A stretch of 64,000 nucleotides of DNA, from positions 592-64,591 of the forward strand of contig DATACC010000228.1 of the NCBI GenBank assembly GCA_036259255.1. Direction: 5' to 3'. This document shows, piece after piece, positions 51,384 through 60,672 of the stretch (positions are counted from its first letter, which is position 1; every line of letters starts with the position of its first letter). The DNA is from Thermoanaerobaculia bacterium (GTDB lineage Bacteria; Acidobacteriota; Thermoanaerobaculia; Multivoradales; JBCCEF01). The notes beneath the pieces are model-generated. The model saw only the letters and a list, made by a program, of their open reading frames with translations. It was not told the origin of the DNA and did no database searches. The position numbers and the translations under genes were made by a program.

Positions 51384-52388
51384 ATGGCGGAGACGATTCG
51401 AGTCGCGCAGTTCGGCCTGGGCCCCATCGGCCAGGCCTGTGTCAGGACCCTGGCGGCCAAGCCGGGCATGGAGGTGGTGGCGGGCATCGACCTCGATCCG
51501 GAGAAGGTGGGGCGCGACGTCGGCACCGTGTGCGGCCTCGCCGAGCCGCTGGGGGTGGAGGTGGAGCCGGATGCGGCGGCGTCCCTGGCGCGCGCGCGCC
51601 CCCACGTGGTGCTGCACACCACCCAGTCGTTCCTCCACACCGTCGAGGAGCAGCTGACCACGCTGCTCGGCGCCGGCGTCGCGGTGGTCTCCTCCACCGA
51701 GGAGCTGTTCTACCCCGAGCCGCGGGACTCGGACTTCTGCGACCGCATCGACCGGGTGGCCCGCCAGCATGGCGTGGCGGTGGTCGGCACGGGCGTCAAC
51801 CCCGGCTTCGTCATGGACCTGCTGCCGGTGTTCCTCACCGGCATCTGTACCGAGGTCGATACCCTCGAGGTGTTCCGGGTGGTCGACGCCGGCCAGCGGC
51901 GGCTGCCGCTGCGTCGCAAGGTGGGGGCGGGCCTCACCGTGGAGGCTTGGGAGGAGCGCCGCCGGGCCGGCGGCTTCGGCCACATCGGCCTGGTGGAGTC
52001 GGCCCTGGCGGTGGCCGGTACCCTCGGATGGCCGGTGGACGCCTACACCGACGAGCTGGAGCCGGTGGTGGCCGAGCGCGCGGTGGCCGGCAGCGAGCCG
52101 GCGGTGGAGGCCGGGAGCGTGGCGGGCATCCACCAGGTGGTCCAGGTGTCGAGCGGCGGCCGGCGGCGCCTGACGCTGGATCTGGCGATGTACGTCGGCG
52201 CCGAGGGCTCCGAGGACCGGGTGGTGGTCCACGGAACGCCGCCGCTGACCGTCCGCGCCGAGGGCGGCATCTTCGGCGACACCGCCACCGTCGCCGCCCT
52301 GGTCAACACCATCCCCCAGATCCTGGGCGCCCGGCCGGGCCTGCGCACCATGATGGACCTGCCGGTGCCGCGGGCCTTCGGGACCTGA
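51384..52388 (+). CDS. Dihydrodipicolinate-reductase-like NAD(P)-binding oxidoreductase (DapB N/C fold; amine dehydrogenase-like)
   Basis: IRVAQFGLGPIGQACVR Rossmann start; GAGGGAG RBS. Confidence 0.65.
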   Translation: MAETIRVAQFGLGPIGQACVRTLAAKPGMEVVAGIDLDPEKVGRDVGTVCGLAEPLGVEVEPDAAASLARARPHVVLHTTQSFLHTVEEQLTTLLGAGVAVVSSTEELFYPEPRDSDFCDRIDRVARQHGVAVVGTGVNPGFVMDLLPVFLTGICTEVDTLEVFRVVDAGQRRLPLRRKVGAGLTVEAWEERRRAGGFGHIGLVESALAVAGTLGWPVDAYTDELEPVVAERAVAGSEPAVEAGSVAGIHQVVQVSSGGRRRLTLDLAMYVGAEGSEDRVVVHGTPPLTVRAEGGIFGDTATVAALVNTIPQILGARPGLRTMMDLPVPRAFGT

Positions 52389-52393
52389 GGGGC

Positions 52394-53194
52394 GTGCCGG
52401 AGCTCGGGCCGGTCGCCCGCCTCCTGCCGGTGCGCTATCCGCGGGACCAGGCGCTCGTCGAGGGGCGGCTCGTGCGGCGCTACAAGCGGTTCATCGCCGA
52501 CGTCGAGCTGGCCGGCGGCGAGGTGGTGACGGCCCACTGCGTCAACACCGGGGCGATGGAGGGGTTGGTGCGGCCCGGGGCGCGGGTGTGGCTGTCGCGG
52601 GCCGAGAACCCGGCGCGCAAGCTGGCGTGGACCTGGGAGCTGGTGGAGTCGGGCGGGCAGATCCTGGGTGCCAACACGGCGCTGCCGAACCGGCTGGTGC
52701 GGCGCCTGCTCGACGAGCGCCGCCTGCCCTGGCTGCCGGGCTACGAGCGGGTGGAGGCGGAGCGGCCGCTGGGGGAGCGCTCGCGGGTCGACTTCGTCCT
52801 CGCCCGCGGCGGCCCCGGCCGGCGGCGGCGCACCCTGGTCGAGGTGAAGAACTGTCACCTTCTCTATCCGGACCGGCGGGCCTACTTCCCCGACGCCGTC
52901 TCCGAGCGCGCCGCCCACCACCTGCGCGAGCTCGCCCGCGCCCGCTCGACGACCACCCGCTGCCACGTCTTGTTCGTCTGCCAGGTGCCCGGCGCCCGGT
53001 CGCTGCGCCCCAGCGACGCCCACGATCCCACCTTCGCCACCGCCGCCCGCGAGGCACGAGGTGCCGGCGTCGGGTTCTCCGCCCTCGAGGTCACCCACAC
53101 CCCGGAGGAGATCCAGGTGGTGCGCCGACTGCCGGTGGATCTGAAGCCCTACCGGGTGGAGCGGGTGGCGCGGTGGCGGGCGGCGGGGCGCTAG
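52394..53194 (+). CDS. sfsA: Sugar fermentation stimulation protein A homolog (SfsA nuclease family)
   Basis: VRRYKRFIADVELAGGEVVTAHCVNTGAM matches SfsA N-terminus; GTG start assumed. Confidence 0.75.
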   Translation: MPELGPVARLLPVRYPRDQALVEGRLVRRYKRFIADVELAGGEVVTAHCVNTGAMEGLVRPGARVWLSRAENPARKLAWTWELVESGGQILGANTALPNRLVRRLLDERRLPWLPGYERVEAERPLGERSRVDFVLARGGPGRRRRTLVEVKNCHLLYPDRRAYFPDAVSERAAHHLRELARARSTTTRCHVLFVCQVPGARSLRPSDAHDPTFATAAREARGAGVGFSALEVTHTPEEIQVVRRLPVDLKPYRVERVARWRAAGR

Positions 53195-53204
53195 GCTCCT
53201 TCCG

Positions 53205-54113
53205 CTAGAGAGCCGAGCGGCCCTCCCACAGCCACGCCGCCCCCCGCACTCCGCTGGCCGCGCCGTGCTTCGGCGGCAGCAGGGGCGTGTCGACGCGGTC
53301 GGAGAAGATCCACTGGCTCCACTGGCGGGGGACGTTCTCGTACAGGCTCTCGATGTTCGACAGGCCGCCGCCGAGGACGATCGCGTCGGGGTCGAGCAGG
53401 TTGATCACCGTGGCCAGGCCGCGGGCGAGGCGGTCCTCGTAGCGGTGGATCGTGGCGGCGGCGGCCGGCTCGCCGTCCGCCGCGCGGCGGACGATCTCCA
53501 TCGGCGAGAGGTTCTCGCCGGAGCTGCGCTCGTGATCGCACTCGAGGCCCAGGCCGGAGAGCCAGGTCTCCATGCAGCCGCGGCGGCCGCAGAAGCACTC
53601 CGGTCCCGGCGATTCGCTGGAGCGCGGCCAGGGCAGCGGGTTGTGGCCCCATTCGCCGGTGATCGCGTTCGGTCCCACCAGCGCCCGGCCGCCGAGTGCG
53701 ATGCCGCCGCCGACCCCGGTGCCGAGGATGACGCCGAACACCAGCCTCCGCCCGGCGGCGGAGCCGTCGGTGGCCTCGGAGACGGCGAAGCAGTCGGCGT
53801 CGTTGGCGAGGCGCACCTCGCGTCCGAGGCATCTCTCGACGTCGCGGTGGAAGGGATGGCCGCTCAGCCACACGGCATTGGCGTTCTTCATCACGCCGGT
53901 GGCCGGCGACAGGGCACCCGGTGTGCCGATGCCCACCGTTCCCCGCTGCCCCACCTCCTCCTCGAGCTCCAGCACCAGCGCGCACACCGCGTCCACGGTG
54001 GCGGCGTAGTTGCCGGATGGCGTGTCGATCTTCAGCCGCAACAGCTCGCGGCCGTCCTCGGCGAGGGCGATGCCGGCGATCTTGGTGCCGCCCAGGTCGA
54101 TGCCGATGCGCAT
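53205..54113 (-). CDS. ROK-family sugar kinase (N-acetylglucosamine kinase-like)
   Basis: MRIGIDLGGTK, GEWGH, CxCGxxGC zinc motif (CFCGRRGC). Confidence 0.85.
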   Translation of the reverse strand: MRIGIDLGGTKIAGIALAEDGRELLRLKIDTPSGNYAATVDAVCALVLELEEEVGQRGTVGIGTPGALSPATGVMKNANAVWLSGHPFHRDVERCLGREVRLANDADCFAVSEATDGSAAGRRLVFGVILGTGVGGGIALGGRALVGPNAITGEWGHNPLPWPRSSESPGPECFCGRRGCMETWLSGLGLECDHERSSGENLSPMEIVRRAADGEPAAAATIHRYEDRLARGLATVINLLDPDAIVLGGGLSNIESLYENVPRQWSQWIFSDRVDTPLLPPKHGAASGVRGAAWLWEGRSAL

Positions 54114-54117
54114 GAGG

Positions 54118-55266
54118 TCACTCCGGTTCCAGGTTGCGAGCTCCTTCGATCGGCGCCGCGCGAGGGGCGGCGAGATCCCCCTCCGGGGGCAAATCGCCTG
54201 CCAGGTACTGCCGGCGCCCGATACCATCTACCTCGGCCACCTCGGCCACCTCGGCCACCTCGGCCACTTCGGCCACCTCGGCGGCGGCGGCCTCCGGGCC
54301 GGCCCAGCGCCGCACCGCCACCGCGCGCTTCACCTCGTCGATCAGGTCGAGGACGGTCTGCTCCAGCAGGTGCTCGATCTCGCCGTGGCCGAGCTGGCTG
54401 GCGAAGATCTCCATCACCTCGTCCACCAGGTTCTCGAGGGCCCGCCGGCCCTCGGCGCTGCGCAGCGAGGCGGTGAGGGTCTCGACGATGGAGTCGTAGA
54501 TCACCTCGCCGGTGGTCCGCACCAGCGGCGTCAGGATGGCGTCGGGCAGCGGGATGCGGCGCAGCGCCGGCGAGCCGGCGACGGCGCCCTCCAGGTTGAC
54601 GCGCAGGAATGAGCCGGCCCGTTCGTGGAGGTTGGGGTCGGCCAGCAGCTCGACCAGGCGCGCCACCAGGACGTTGCGCACCTCGTCGCGGCGCGGCAGC
54701 AGGGTGGCGCGGGTGACCTGGGACAGCGCTCCGGCCTCGATCTCCTGCCGGGTGAGGTCGAGGATGCGCAGCGCCACCCGGTCGGTCACCTCCTCGCTGA
54801 TGACGTCCGAGAAGCGCCGCACCAGGCGCGCCACCACGTCGTCCTCCATCGACACCACGTCGCTGCGGCGCAGCCGCATGTAGACCGAGATTACCCGGAA
54901 CAGGCGGAAGAAGCGGAACTCCCGGGCCGGAACGATGCCGAGCAGGTCGTACCAATGGGCGAAGGGGAAGACGTACCAGCGCACGTAGGTGCGCCGCCGC
55001 ACCGCCAGGACCCAGCGGGTGAAGAACTCGCCGGCGAAGACCAGCAGGAACGGCAGGTCGATGAGCCAGAACCGCTCGCGCCGCGGGTCGTACCAGTCGA
55101 CCACCCCGGGCGCCGCCGCGAGCCACGCCGGACGCAGCCACGGGTAGGTGTAGTCGAAGAGGATCAGCGCCACGTTGACCACCGCCAGGACCAGCATGAA
55201 CAGGTCCCAGGACAGCAGCAGGCGCTGCCGGAGCGGGCGGATGGCGGGTGGGTCGGAGGCAACCAT
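54118..55266 (-). CDS. Membrane protein with voltage-sensor-domain-like N-terminus (4 TM, S4-like FRFFRLFRVISVYMRLRR) and about 250-aa cytoplasmic tail containing (EVA)5 repeat
   Basis: Arg every third residue in fourth TM; acidic residues in TM2/TM3 (AGEFFTRW, HWYDLLG); stop 4 nt before ROK kinase start. Confidence 0.55.
   Translation of the reverse strand: MVASDPPAIRPLRQRLLLSWDLFMLVLAVVNVALILFDYTYPWLRPAWLAAAPGVVDWYDPRRERFWLIDLPFLLVFAGEFFTRWVLAVRRRTYVRWYVFPFAHWYDLLGIVPAREFRFFRLFRVISVYMRLRRSDVVSMEDDVVARLVRRFSDVISEEVTDRVALRILDLTRQEIEAGALSQVTRATLLPRRDEVRNVLVARLVELLADPNLHERAGSFLRVNLEGAVAGSPALRRIPLPDAILTPLVRTTGEVIYDSIVETLTASLRSAEGRRALENLVDEVMEIFASQLGHGEIEHLLEQTVLDLIDEVKRAVAVRRWAGPEAAAAEVAEVAEVAEVAEVAEVDGIGRRQYLAGDLPPEGDLAAPRAAPIEGARNLEPE
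54231..54275. repeat. 9-bp tandem repeat CCTCGGCCA x5 (one unit CTTCGGCCA), in-frame inside CDS, encodes EVAEVAEVAEVAEVD
   Basis: Read directly: cctcggcca cctcggcca cctcggcca cctcggcca cttcggcca. Confidence 0.85.
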
Positions 55267-55414
55267 GGCGACGCGGCGAACGGCCCCAATCTACAGGAAC
55301 CGCCGCCGCGCCGGATCGCAGCGGATGCCCCCGAGGCGCCAGTCGGGTTCGGTCCGACGCCAGCCTGGCGCGGGACATCGTCTGCGCTACACTTGGCGGA
55401 CACGGAGGATTCGC

Positions 55415-56092
55415 ATGGACGAAGGCAAGCGCAAGGACGGGGGCGGCCGCGGGGGTGGCCCTGCAGGGCCGGAGCCCGTCAGTCCGGGACTCAGCCGGCG
55501 CTCGTTCCTGCGCGGTGCCGCGGTGGCGGGCCTGGCGGCGCCGGAGCTGGCACGGGCGGCCGAGGCGGCGGCGGGGGACCCTGTGCGCCGCGAGCACGGG
55601 GTCGAGGTGCTCGGCCCCGGTCCGGTGCCGGTGCGGCTCGACGTCAACGGCCGGGTGCGCGAGGTGCGCGTGGAGCCGCGGGTCACTCTGCTCGACGCCC
55701 TGCGCGACCGGCTCGGCCTGACCGGCGCAAAGCGTGTGTGCGACCGCGGCACCTGCGGCGCCTGCACCGTGCTGCTCGAAGGCCGCCCGGTCTACGCCTG
55801 CAGCCTGCTCGCGGTGCAGGCCCGGGGCCGGCGGATCGAAACCGTGGAGAGCCTCGGCACGCCGGAGCGGCTGCATCCGCTCCAGGCCGCCTTCGTCGCC
55901 AACGACGCCCAGCAGTGCGGTTTCTGCACGCCCGGCTTCGTGATGGCCGCCAAGGCCCTGGTCGACCGGGTGCCGGATCCCTCGGTCGAGCAGGTCCACG
56001 AGGCGCTGTCCGGCAACTTCTGCCGCTGCGGCACCTACGCCGGTCTGCGCCGGGCGGTGGCCGGTGCCGGGCAGGGAGGCCGCGATGCCTGA
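55415..56092 (+). CDS. Molybdenum hydroxylase (xanthine dehydrogenase/aldehyde oxidoreductase family) 2Fe-2S small subunit with Tat signal
   Basis: SRRSFLRGAAVAGLAAP twin-arginine signal; CDRGTCGACTV and CGFCTPG 2Fe-2S motifs; GGAGG RBS. Confidence 0.85.
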   Translation: MDEGKRKDGGGRGGGPAGPEPVSPGLSRRSFLRGAAVAGLAAPELARAAEAAAGDPVRREHGVEVLGPGPVPVRLDVNGRVREVRVEPRVTLLDALRDRLGLTGAKRVCDRGTCGACTVLLEGRPVYACSLLAVQARGRRIETVESLGTPERLHPLQAAFVANDAQQCGFCTPGFVMAAKALVDRVPDPSVEQVHEALSGNFCRCGTYAGLRRAVAGAGQGGRDA

Positions 56093-58262
56093 GTACGCCT
56101 GGCCCCCCGCCGCCGAGCGCCGCCTACTCGGCAAGCGCATCGCCCGCCTCGATGGACCGGGCAAGGTGACCGGCACCGTCAAGTACACCTACGACCTGCA
56201 GCCGGAGGGCATGCTCCACGGCCGCATCCTCCACTGCCCCCACGCCCACGCCCGGGTGCGCCGCCTCGACGTCTCCCGCGCCGAGGGCATGGCCGGCGTG
56301 CGGGCGCTGCGGGTGATCCACCCCGAGGGCTCGGAGATCCGGTGGGCGATGGACGAGGTGCTCTACCTCGCCGCCGACAGCGAGCAGATCGCCGCCGACG
56401 CCCTGGCCGCCGTGGTCGTCGAGTACGAGGTGCTGCCCCACTTCGTCGATGCCGAGGACCGCGACGGGGCGCCGGAGACGCGCGACGACGAGGAGGAGGT
56501 GGTCGGCGATCCTGCCGCCGCCCTCGCCGGCGCCGCCCACCGCCACGTCGGCGAGTACGGCCTGCCGACGGTCGCCCACAACTGCCTGGAGGCCCACGGC
56601 CAGGTGTGCTCCTGGGAGGGCGACGAGCTGACCGCGTGGTGCTCCACCCAGGCGGTCAGCGCCCTGCCGGCCCAGTTCGCCGAACGCCTCGGCGTACCGG
56701 CGGCCAACGTGCGGGTGCGCACCGAGGTGCTCGGCGGCGGCTTCGGCAGCAAGTTCAGCGTCGACCGCTGGGGGATCGAGTGCGCCGAGTTGGCCCGCGC
56801 CGCCGGCCGGCCGGTGAAGCTGATGCTCGAGCGCGAGCCGGAGCTGACCATCGCCGGCGACCGGCCCTCGGCCTACGCCCGCGTCGAGCTGGCCGCCGAC
56901 GCCGAGGGCCGCCTGGTCGGCTGGAGCTCGGAGTCGTGGGGCTCGGGCGGCCTGGCCGGCTCGGGCTCGCCGCCGCTGCCCTACGTCTTCGCGGTGCCCG
57001 ACCGGCGCCACCGTCACGTCTCGGTGCCCACCCACGTGGCCGGCTCCCGCGCCTGGCGGGCGCCGAACCACCCGCAGGCGTGCTTCATCACGCTCGCCGC
57101 CCTGGAGGATCTGGCGGCGGCCGCCGGCCTCGATCCGCTGGAGCTGGTGCGCCGCAACCTCCACCTCACCGGGCGCCTGGAGCGCATCTACCGCGACGAG
57201 CTGGAGATCGCCGATCGGTTGATGGGATGGTCGCGCCGCTGGCGGCCCCGCCCGGCGCGCCGGGAGGTCGGCCGCTGGGCGGACGGGCCGCGCCGCCGCG
57301 GCCTGGGGCTGTCGGTGCACACCTGGGGCGGCCGCGGCCACCGCAGCAACTGCGCGCTGACGTTGCACCCCGACGGCGGCGTCGACGTGCGCATCGCCAC
57401 CCAGGACCTCGGCACCGGCACCCGCACCGCCGTGGCCATCGTCGCCGCCGAGACCCTGGGGCTGCCCCTCGCCGCCGTGCGCGTGCACCTCGGCGACAGC
57501 CGCTTCCCGGCCTCCGGCGCCTCCGGCGGCTCGACCACCATCGGCGGGGTCGCCTCGTCCACCCGGCGCGCCGCCCAGAACCTGCTCGAGGACCTCTTCC
57601 GCCGCGTGGCACCGCAGCTCGAGGCCGGTGCCGACGAGCTGGAGGCGCGGGACGGCCGGGTGGGCGTGGCCGGCGATCCGGACCGCTCGATGCCGTGGAA
57701 GCGGGCGGCGGCGCTGGCCGGACCGTCGCCTCTGGTCGCCACCGGCGCCAATCCCGGCCCGGGCGAGCTCACCGAGTCCGGCGTCGGCGGCGTGCAGATG
57801 GCCGAGGTGACGGTGGACACCGAGACCGGCGTGGTGCGGGTCGAGAAGATGGTGGCGGTGCAGGACTGCGGCCTGATCGTCGACCTGGAGACCGCCGAGA
57901 GCCAGGTCTACGGCGGCCTGATCATGGGCATCAGCACCGCGCTGGCCGAGGAGAAGGTGATCGACCCGGTGACCGGGCGCATGCTCAACGTCGACTTCGA
58001 GTCCTACAAGCTGGCCGGCATCGCCGACGTCGGCGAGCTGGTGGTGCACATGATGACCGGTCCGGGCTACGACGACCGCGGCGCCATCGGGCTCGGCGAG
58101 CCGCCGGTGATCTCGCCCGGTGCGGCGATCTCGAACGCCGTCGCCAACGCCCTCGGGGTGCGGGTGCCGTACCTGCCGCTGACCCCCGACCGGGTGCTCG
58201 CCGCCCTGGAAGACGCGGTCCGCGCACCGGCCACGGCCGGCGGCTCCGGGGGGAGCGCCTGA
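56085..58262 (+). CDS. Molybdenum hydroxylase molybdopterin-binding large subunit
   Basis: XDH/CoxL-family length and motifs (GGGFGSK, VQDCG...E); start overlaps small subunit stop. Confidence 0.85.
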   Translation: MPEYAWPPAAERRLLGKRIARLDGPGKVTGTVKYTYDLQPEGMLHGRILHCPHAHARVRRLDVSRAEGMAGVRALRVIHPEGSEIRWAMDEVLYLAADSEQIAADALAAVVVEYEVLPHFVDAEDRDGAPETRDDEEEVVGDPAAALAGAAHRHVGEYGLPTVAHNCLEAHGQVCSWEGDELTAWCSTQAVSALPAQFAERLGVPAANVRVRTEVLGGGFGSKFSVDRWGIECAELARAAGRPVKLMLEREPELTIAGDRPSAYARVELAADAEGRLVGWSSESWGSGGLAGSGSPPLPYVFAVPDRRHRHVSVPTHVAGSRAWRAPNHPQACFITLAALEDLAAAAGLDPLELVRRNLHLTGRLERIYRDELEIADRLMGWSRRWRPRPARREVGRWADGPRRRGLGLSVHTWGGRGHRSNCALTLHPDGGVDVRIATQDLGTGTRTAVAIVAAETLGLPLAAVRVHLGDSRFPASGASGGSTTIGGVASSTRRAAQNLLEDLFRRVAPQLEAGADELEARDGRVGVAGDPDRSMPWKRAAALAGPSPLVATGANPGPGELTESGVGGVQMAEVTVDTETGVVRVEKMVAVQDCGLIVDLETAESQVYGGLIMGISTALAEEKVIDPVTGRMLNVDFESYKLAGIADVGELVVHMMTGPGYDDRGAIGLGEPPVISPGAAISNAVANALGVRVPYLPLTPDRVLAALEDAVRAPATAGGSGGSA

Positions 58263-59308
58263 TGCAGCCCTTCGACTACGCCGTGCCCGCCACCGCCGAG
58301 CAGGCGGTGCGCCTGCTCGGCACCCGGGGCGCCGCCGGCCGCCCGGCGGTGCCGGTGGCCGGCGGCTCCGACCTGCTGGCCCTGGTCAAGGACGGGGTGC
58401 TCTCGCCCGGGCGGCTGGTCGACCTCTCCGGCCTCGACGGCCTCGCCGAGGTGGCCGTCGTGGACGACAGCCTGGTGCTCGGCGCGCTGGCTCCCCTCGC
58501 CGATCTCGCCGCCCACCGCGAGGTGGCGGCGCGCCAGCCGGCGCTCGCCCGGGCGCTCTCCCGGGTGGCGAGCCCGCAGATCCGCCACGTCGGCACCCTC
58601 GGCGGCAATCTCTGCCAGCGTCCGCGCTGCTGGTACTTCCGCCGAGGCTATGGGCTGCTGGCGCAGCTCGACGGCGTCTCCATGCCGGTGGCCGGCGACA
58701 ACCGCTACCACGCGATCCTCGGTACCGGCGGCGCCGCCGGCGGCCCGGCCTACTTCGTCTCGCCTTCGACGGTGGCGCCGCTGCTGGTGGCGCTCGGCGC
58801 CGAGGTGCGGGCGGCCGGGCCCGGCGGTGGCCGCACCGTGCCGCTGTCCAGCCTCTACCGGGTACCGCGCCGGCCGGAGGAGGGCGAGATCGCGCTGGCA
58901 CCGGCGGAGATCGTCACCCACGTGGTGGTGCCGCCGGCGCGGGGGGCGCGCGCGGCGAGCTACGAGGTGCGCCAGCGCCGCTCCCTCGACTGGTCGCTGG
59001 CCACCGCCGCGGTGGTGCTGCGCCTCGACGGCGAGCGGGTGGAGGAGGCCCGGGTGGTGCTCGGCCAGGTGGCGCCGGTGCCGTGGCGGTGCGAGGCGGC
59101 GGAGCGCTGGCTCGTCGGCAGGGTGCTCGACGCGGAGACGATGGCGCGGGCCGGCGAGGAGGCGGTGGCCGGCGCCCAGCCACTCTCCCGCAACGGCTAC
59201 AAGGTGCAGCTCGCCCGCACCGCGGTGGCGCGGGCGCTCACCGCCGTCCTGCGCGGTGGCGCCGCCGCCACCGCTCCGGCGCCCGCCCCCTCCGGAGGTG
59301 CGCGGTGA
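58262..59308 (+). CDS. Molybdenum hydroxylase FAD-binding subunit (CoxM-like)
   Basis: AVPVAGGSDLL FAD-binding start; TGATG stop-start junction. Confidence 0.8.
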   Translation: MQPFDYAVPATAEQAVRLLGTRGAAGRPAVPVAGGSDLLALVKDGVLSPGRLVDLSGLDGLAEVAVVDDSLVLGALAPLADLAAHREVAARQPALARALSRVASPQIRHVGTLGGNLCQRPRCWYFRRGYGLLAQLDGVSMPVAGDNRYHAILGTGGAAGGPAYFVSPSTVAPLLVALGAEVRAAGPGGGRTVPLSSLYRVPRRPEEGEIALAPAEIVTHVVVPPARGARAASYEVRQRRSLDWSLATAAVVLRLDGERVEEARVVLGQVAPVPWRCEAAERWLVGRVLDAETMARAGEEAVAGAQPLSRNGYKVQLARTAVARALTAVLRGGAAATAPAPAPSGGAR

Positions 59309-59526
59309 GCCCGGCGACGGCGGGCGGCCGGGGCGCCGCGGCACGGCCGTGCCGCTGCCTGCGGTGGAAGGGAATGTACGTCGAGGCGGAGCCCGACCCC
59401 CTGGTACCCAACACCAGCGCCGGGCTCTACTGGTGCATCCACACCATGAATTGCCTCGGTCCGGACGGCCGGGTGGCCGAGCCGGCGGCGTGCTCCGCGC
59501 GGCGGGGGTGCTTCGAGGACGGCTGA
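59305..59526 (+). CDS. Hypothetical small Cys-rich protein (73 aa, 6 Cys) trailing the hydroxylase operon
   Basis: GTG overlapping TGA of FAD subunit; high GC3; CRC...YWCIHTMNC...CSARRGC. Confidence 0.35.
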   Translation: MSPATAGGRGAAARPCRCLRWKGMYVEAEPDPLVPNTSAGLYWCIHTMNCLGPDGRVAEPAACSARRGCFEDG

Positions 59527-59639
59527 CCAGTGGGCGGCCGCTTCGCTGCCGAGGCGGCCGGTGACGGGGAGGAGGGCCGATGGAGCGCGGCCGGAGGGCG
59601 GAGCCGGAATGGTGCCGGGTGGCCCGGCCGGCCGGTGGC

Positions 59640-60044
59640 CTAGGAGGCCTTCGGACGGGCGCAGGCGCGGCGGATCGTCTCGATCAGCACCTTGGATCCC
59701 ACCTCGCCCTTGAGCAGGTAGTCCTCGACTCCCTGCTCGACGATGCGGCGGGCGAGCTCCGGATCGTCGTTGCCGGTGAGCACCACGATGGGTACCTCGG
59801 GCATTTCGGAACGCACCCGGCTCAGGGTGTCGATGCCGTCGCTGTCGGGCAGCGACAGGTCGAGCAGCACCAGCTCGAAGCCGCCCTGCTTCAGCTTGCC
59901 GAGGGCCTCGGCCAGCGAGGAAGCCATGGTGGCATCGATCTCCGCCTCCCGGGTGTGGCCGAGGGCCTCCTCGAGGACGAAGGCGAGCGAGGGATCGTCC
60001 TCGACGGCGAGCAGCTTGATGGCATCTTCCTTGGTTCGGTTCAC
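59640..60044 (-). CDS. Single-domain CheY-like response regulator
   Basis: LLAVEDD...LLDLSLPDSDG...VLTGNDDPE...EDYLLKG receiver motifs; GTG start with GGAGG RBS. Confidence 0.8.
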   Translation of the reverse strand: MNRTKEDAIKLLAVEDDPSLAFVLEEALGHTREAEIDATMASSLAEALGKLKQGGFELVLLDLSLPDSDGIDTLSRVRSEMPEVPIVVLTGNDDPELARRIVEQGVEDYLLKGEVGSKVLIETIRRACARPKAS

Positions 60045-60129
60045 GTCAGTCCTCCCTCCCTTTCCGGCGTCCCAGGTGCAACACCCGCGCCGGGTCGGGC
60101 GGGAGCGAGTCTTGCACAATGGAGGTGAC

Positions 60130-60672
60130 ATGGAGATACCGCTGAACATCACCACGCGCGACGTCGATCTGACCCCCGACCTCGAGGACCTGGTGCGCCG
60201 CAAGGCCTCCAAGCTGGAGCGTTTCTACAACGGCATCGTGGGTTGCCGCATCACCCTCGAGGGGCCGGGGAACCACCACAACACGGGCGGCCCTTACAAC
60301 GTGCGCCTGTACATCACCGTCCCGAGCGGCGAGATCGTGGTCAGCCACAAGGAGCAGGAGACCCTGCGTGCCGCGATCCAGGCCTCGTTCCAGGCCGCCG
60401 AGCGCCAGGCCGAGGACCTCTCCCAGCTCCAGCGGGGCGAGGTGAAGACCCCGGTCACGCCGCCGGAGGGTCCGGTAGTCGGCCTGTTCCCGAACGAGGG
60501 GGAGGGTTACGGCTTCATCGCCGCCCAGGATGGCCGCCAGATCTACTTCCACCGCAACGCGGTGCTGCCCCCGGGCTTCGACGAGCTGTCGGTGGGCGAC
60601 CGCGTGCGCTTCGCCGAGGAGCAGGGCCACGAGGGGCCCCAGGCGAGCACGGTGGAGCGGCTGAAGGGCTGA
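60130..60672 (+). CDS. Ribosome hibernation factor (HPF/RaiA-like) N-domain fused to C-terminal cold-shock (CSD) domain
   Basis: MEIPLNITTRDVDLTPDLEDLVRRKASKLERFYN matches HPF start; C-terminal GLFPNEGEGYGFIAAQDGRQIYFHRNAV...GDRVRF resembles CspA fold. Confidence 0.7.
   Translation: MEIPLNITTRDVDLTPDLEDLVRRKASKLERFYNGIVGCRITLEGPGNHHNTGGPYNVRLYITVPSGEIVVSHKEQETLRAAIQASFQAAERQAEDLSQLQRGEVKTPVTPPEGPVVGLFPNEGEGYGFIAAQDGRQIYFHRNAVLPPGFDELSVGDRVRFAEEQGHEGPQASTVERLKG

Noticed and set aside
54231-54275. Tandem repeat as a CRISPR array
   Set aside because: The unit is only 9 bp with no spacers and lies in-frame inside a CDS. No CRISPR-like repeat-spacer architecture anywhere in the window.
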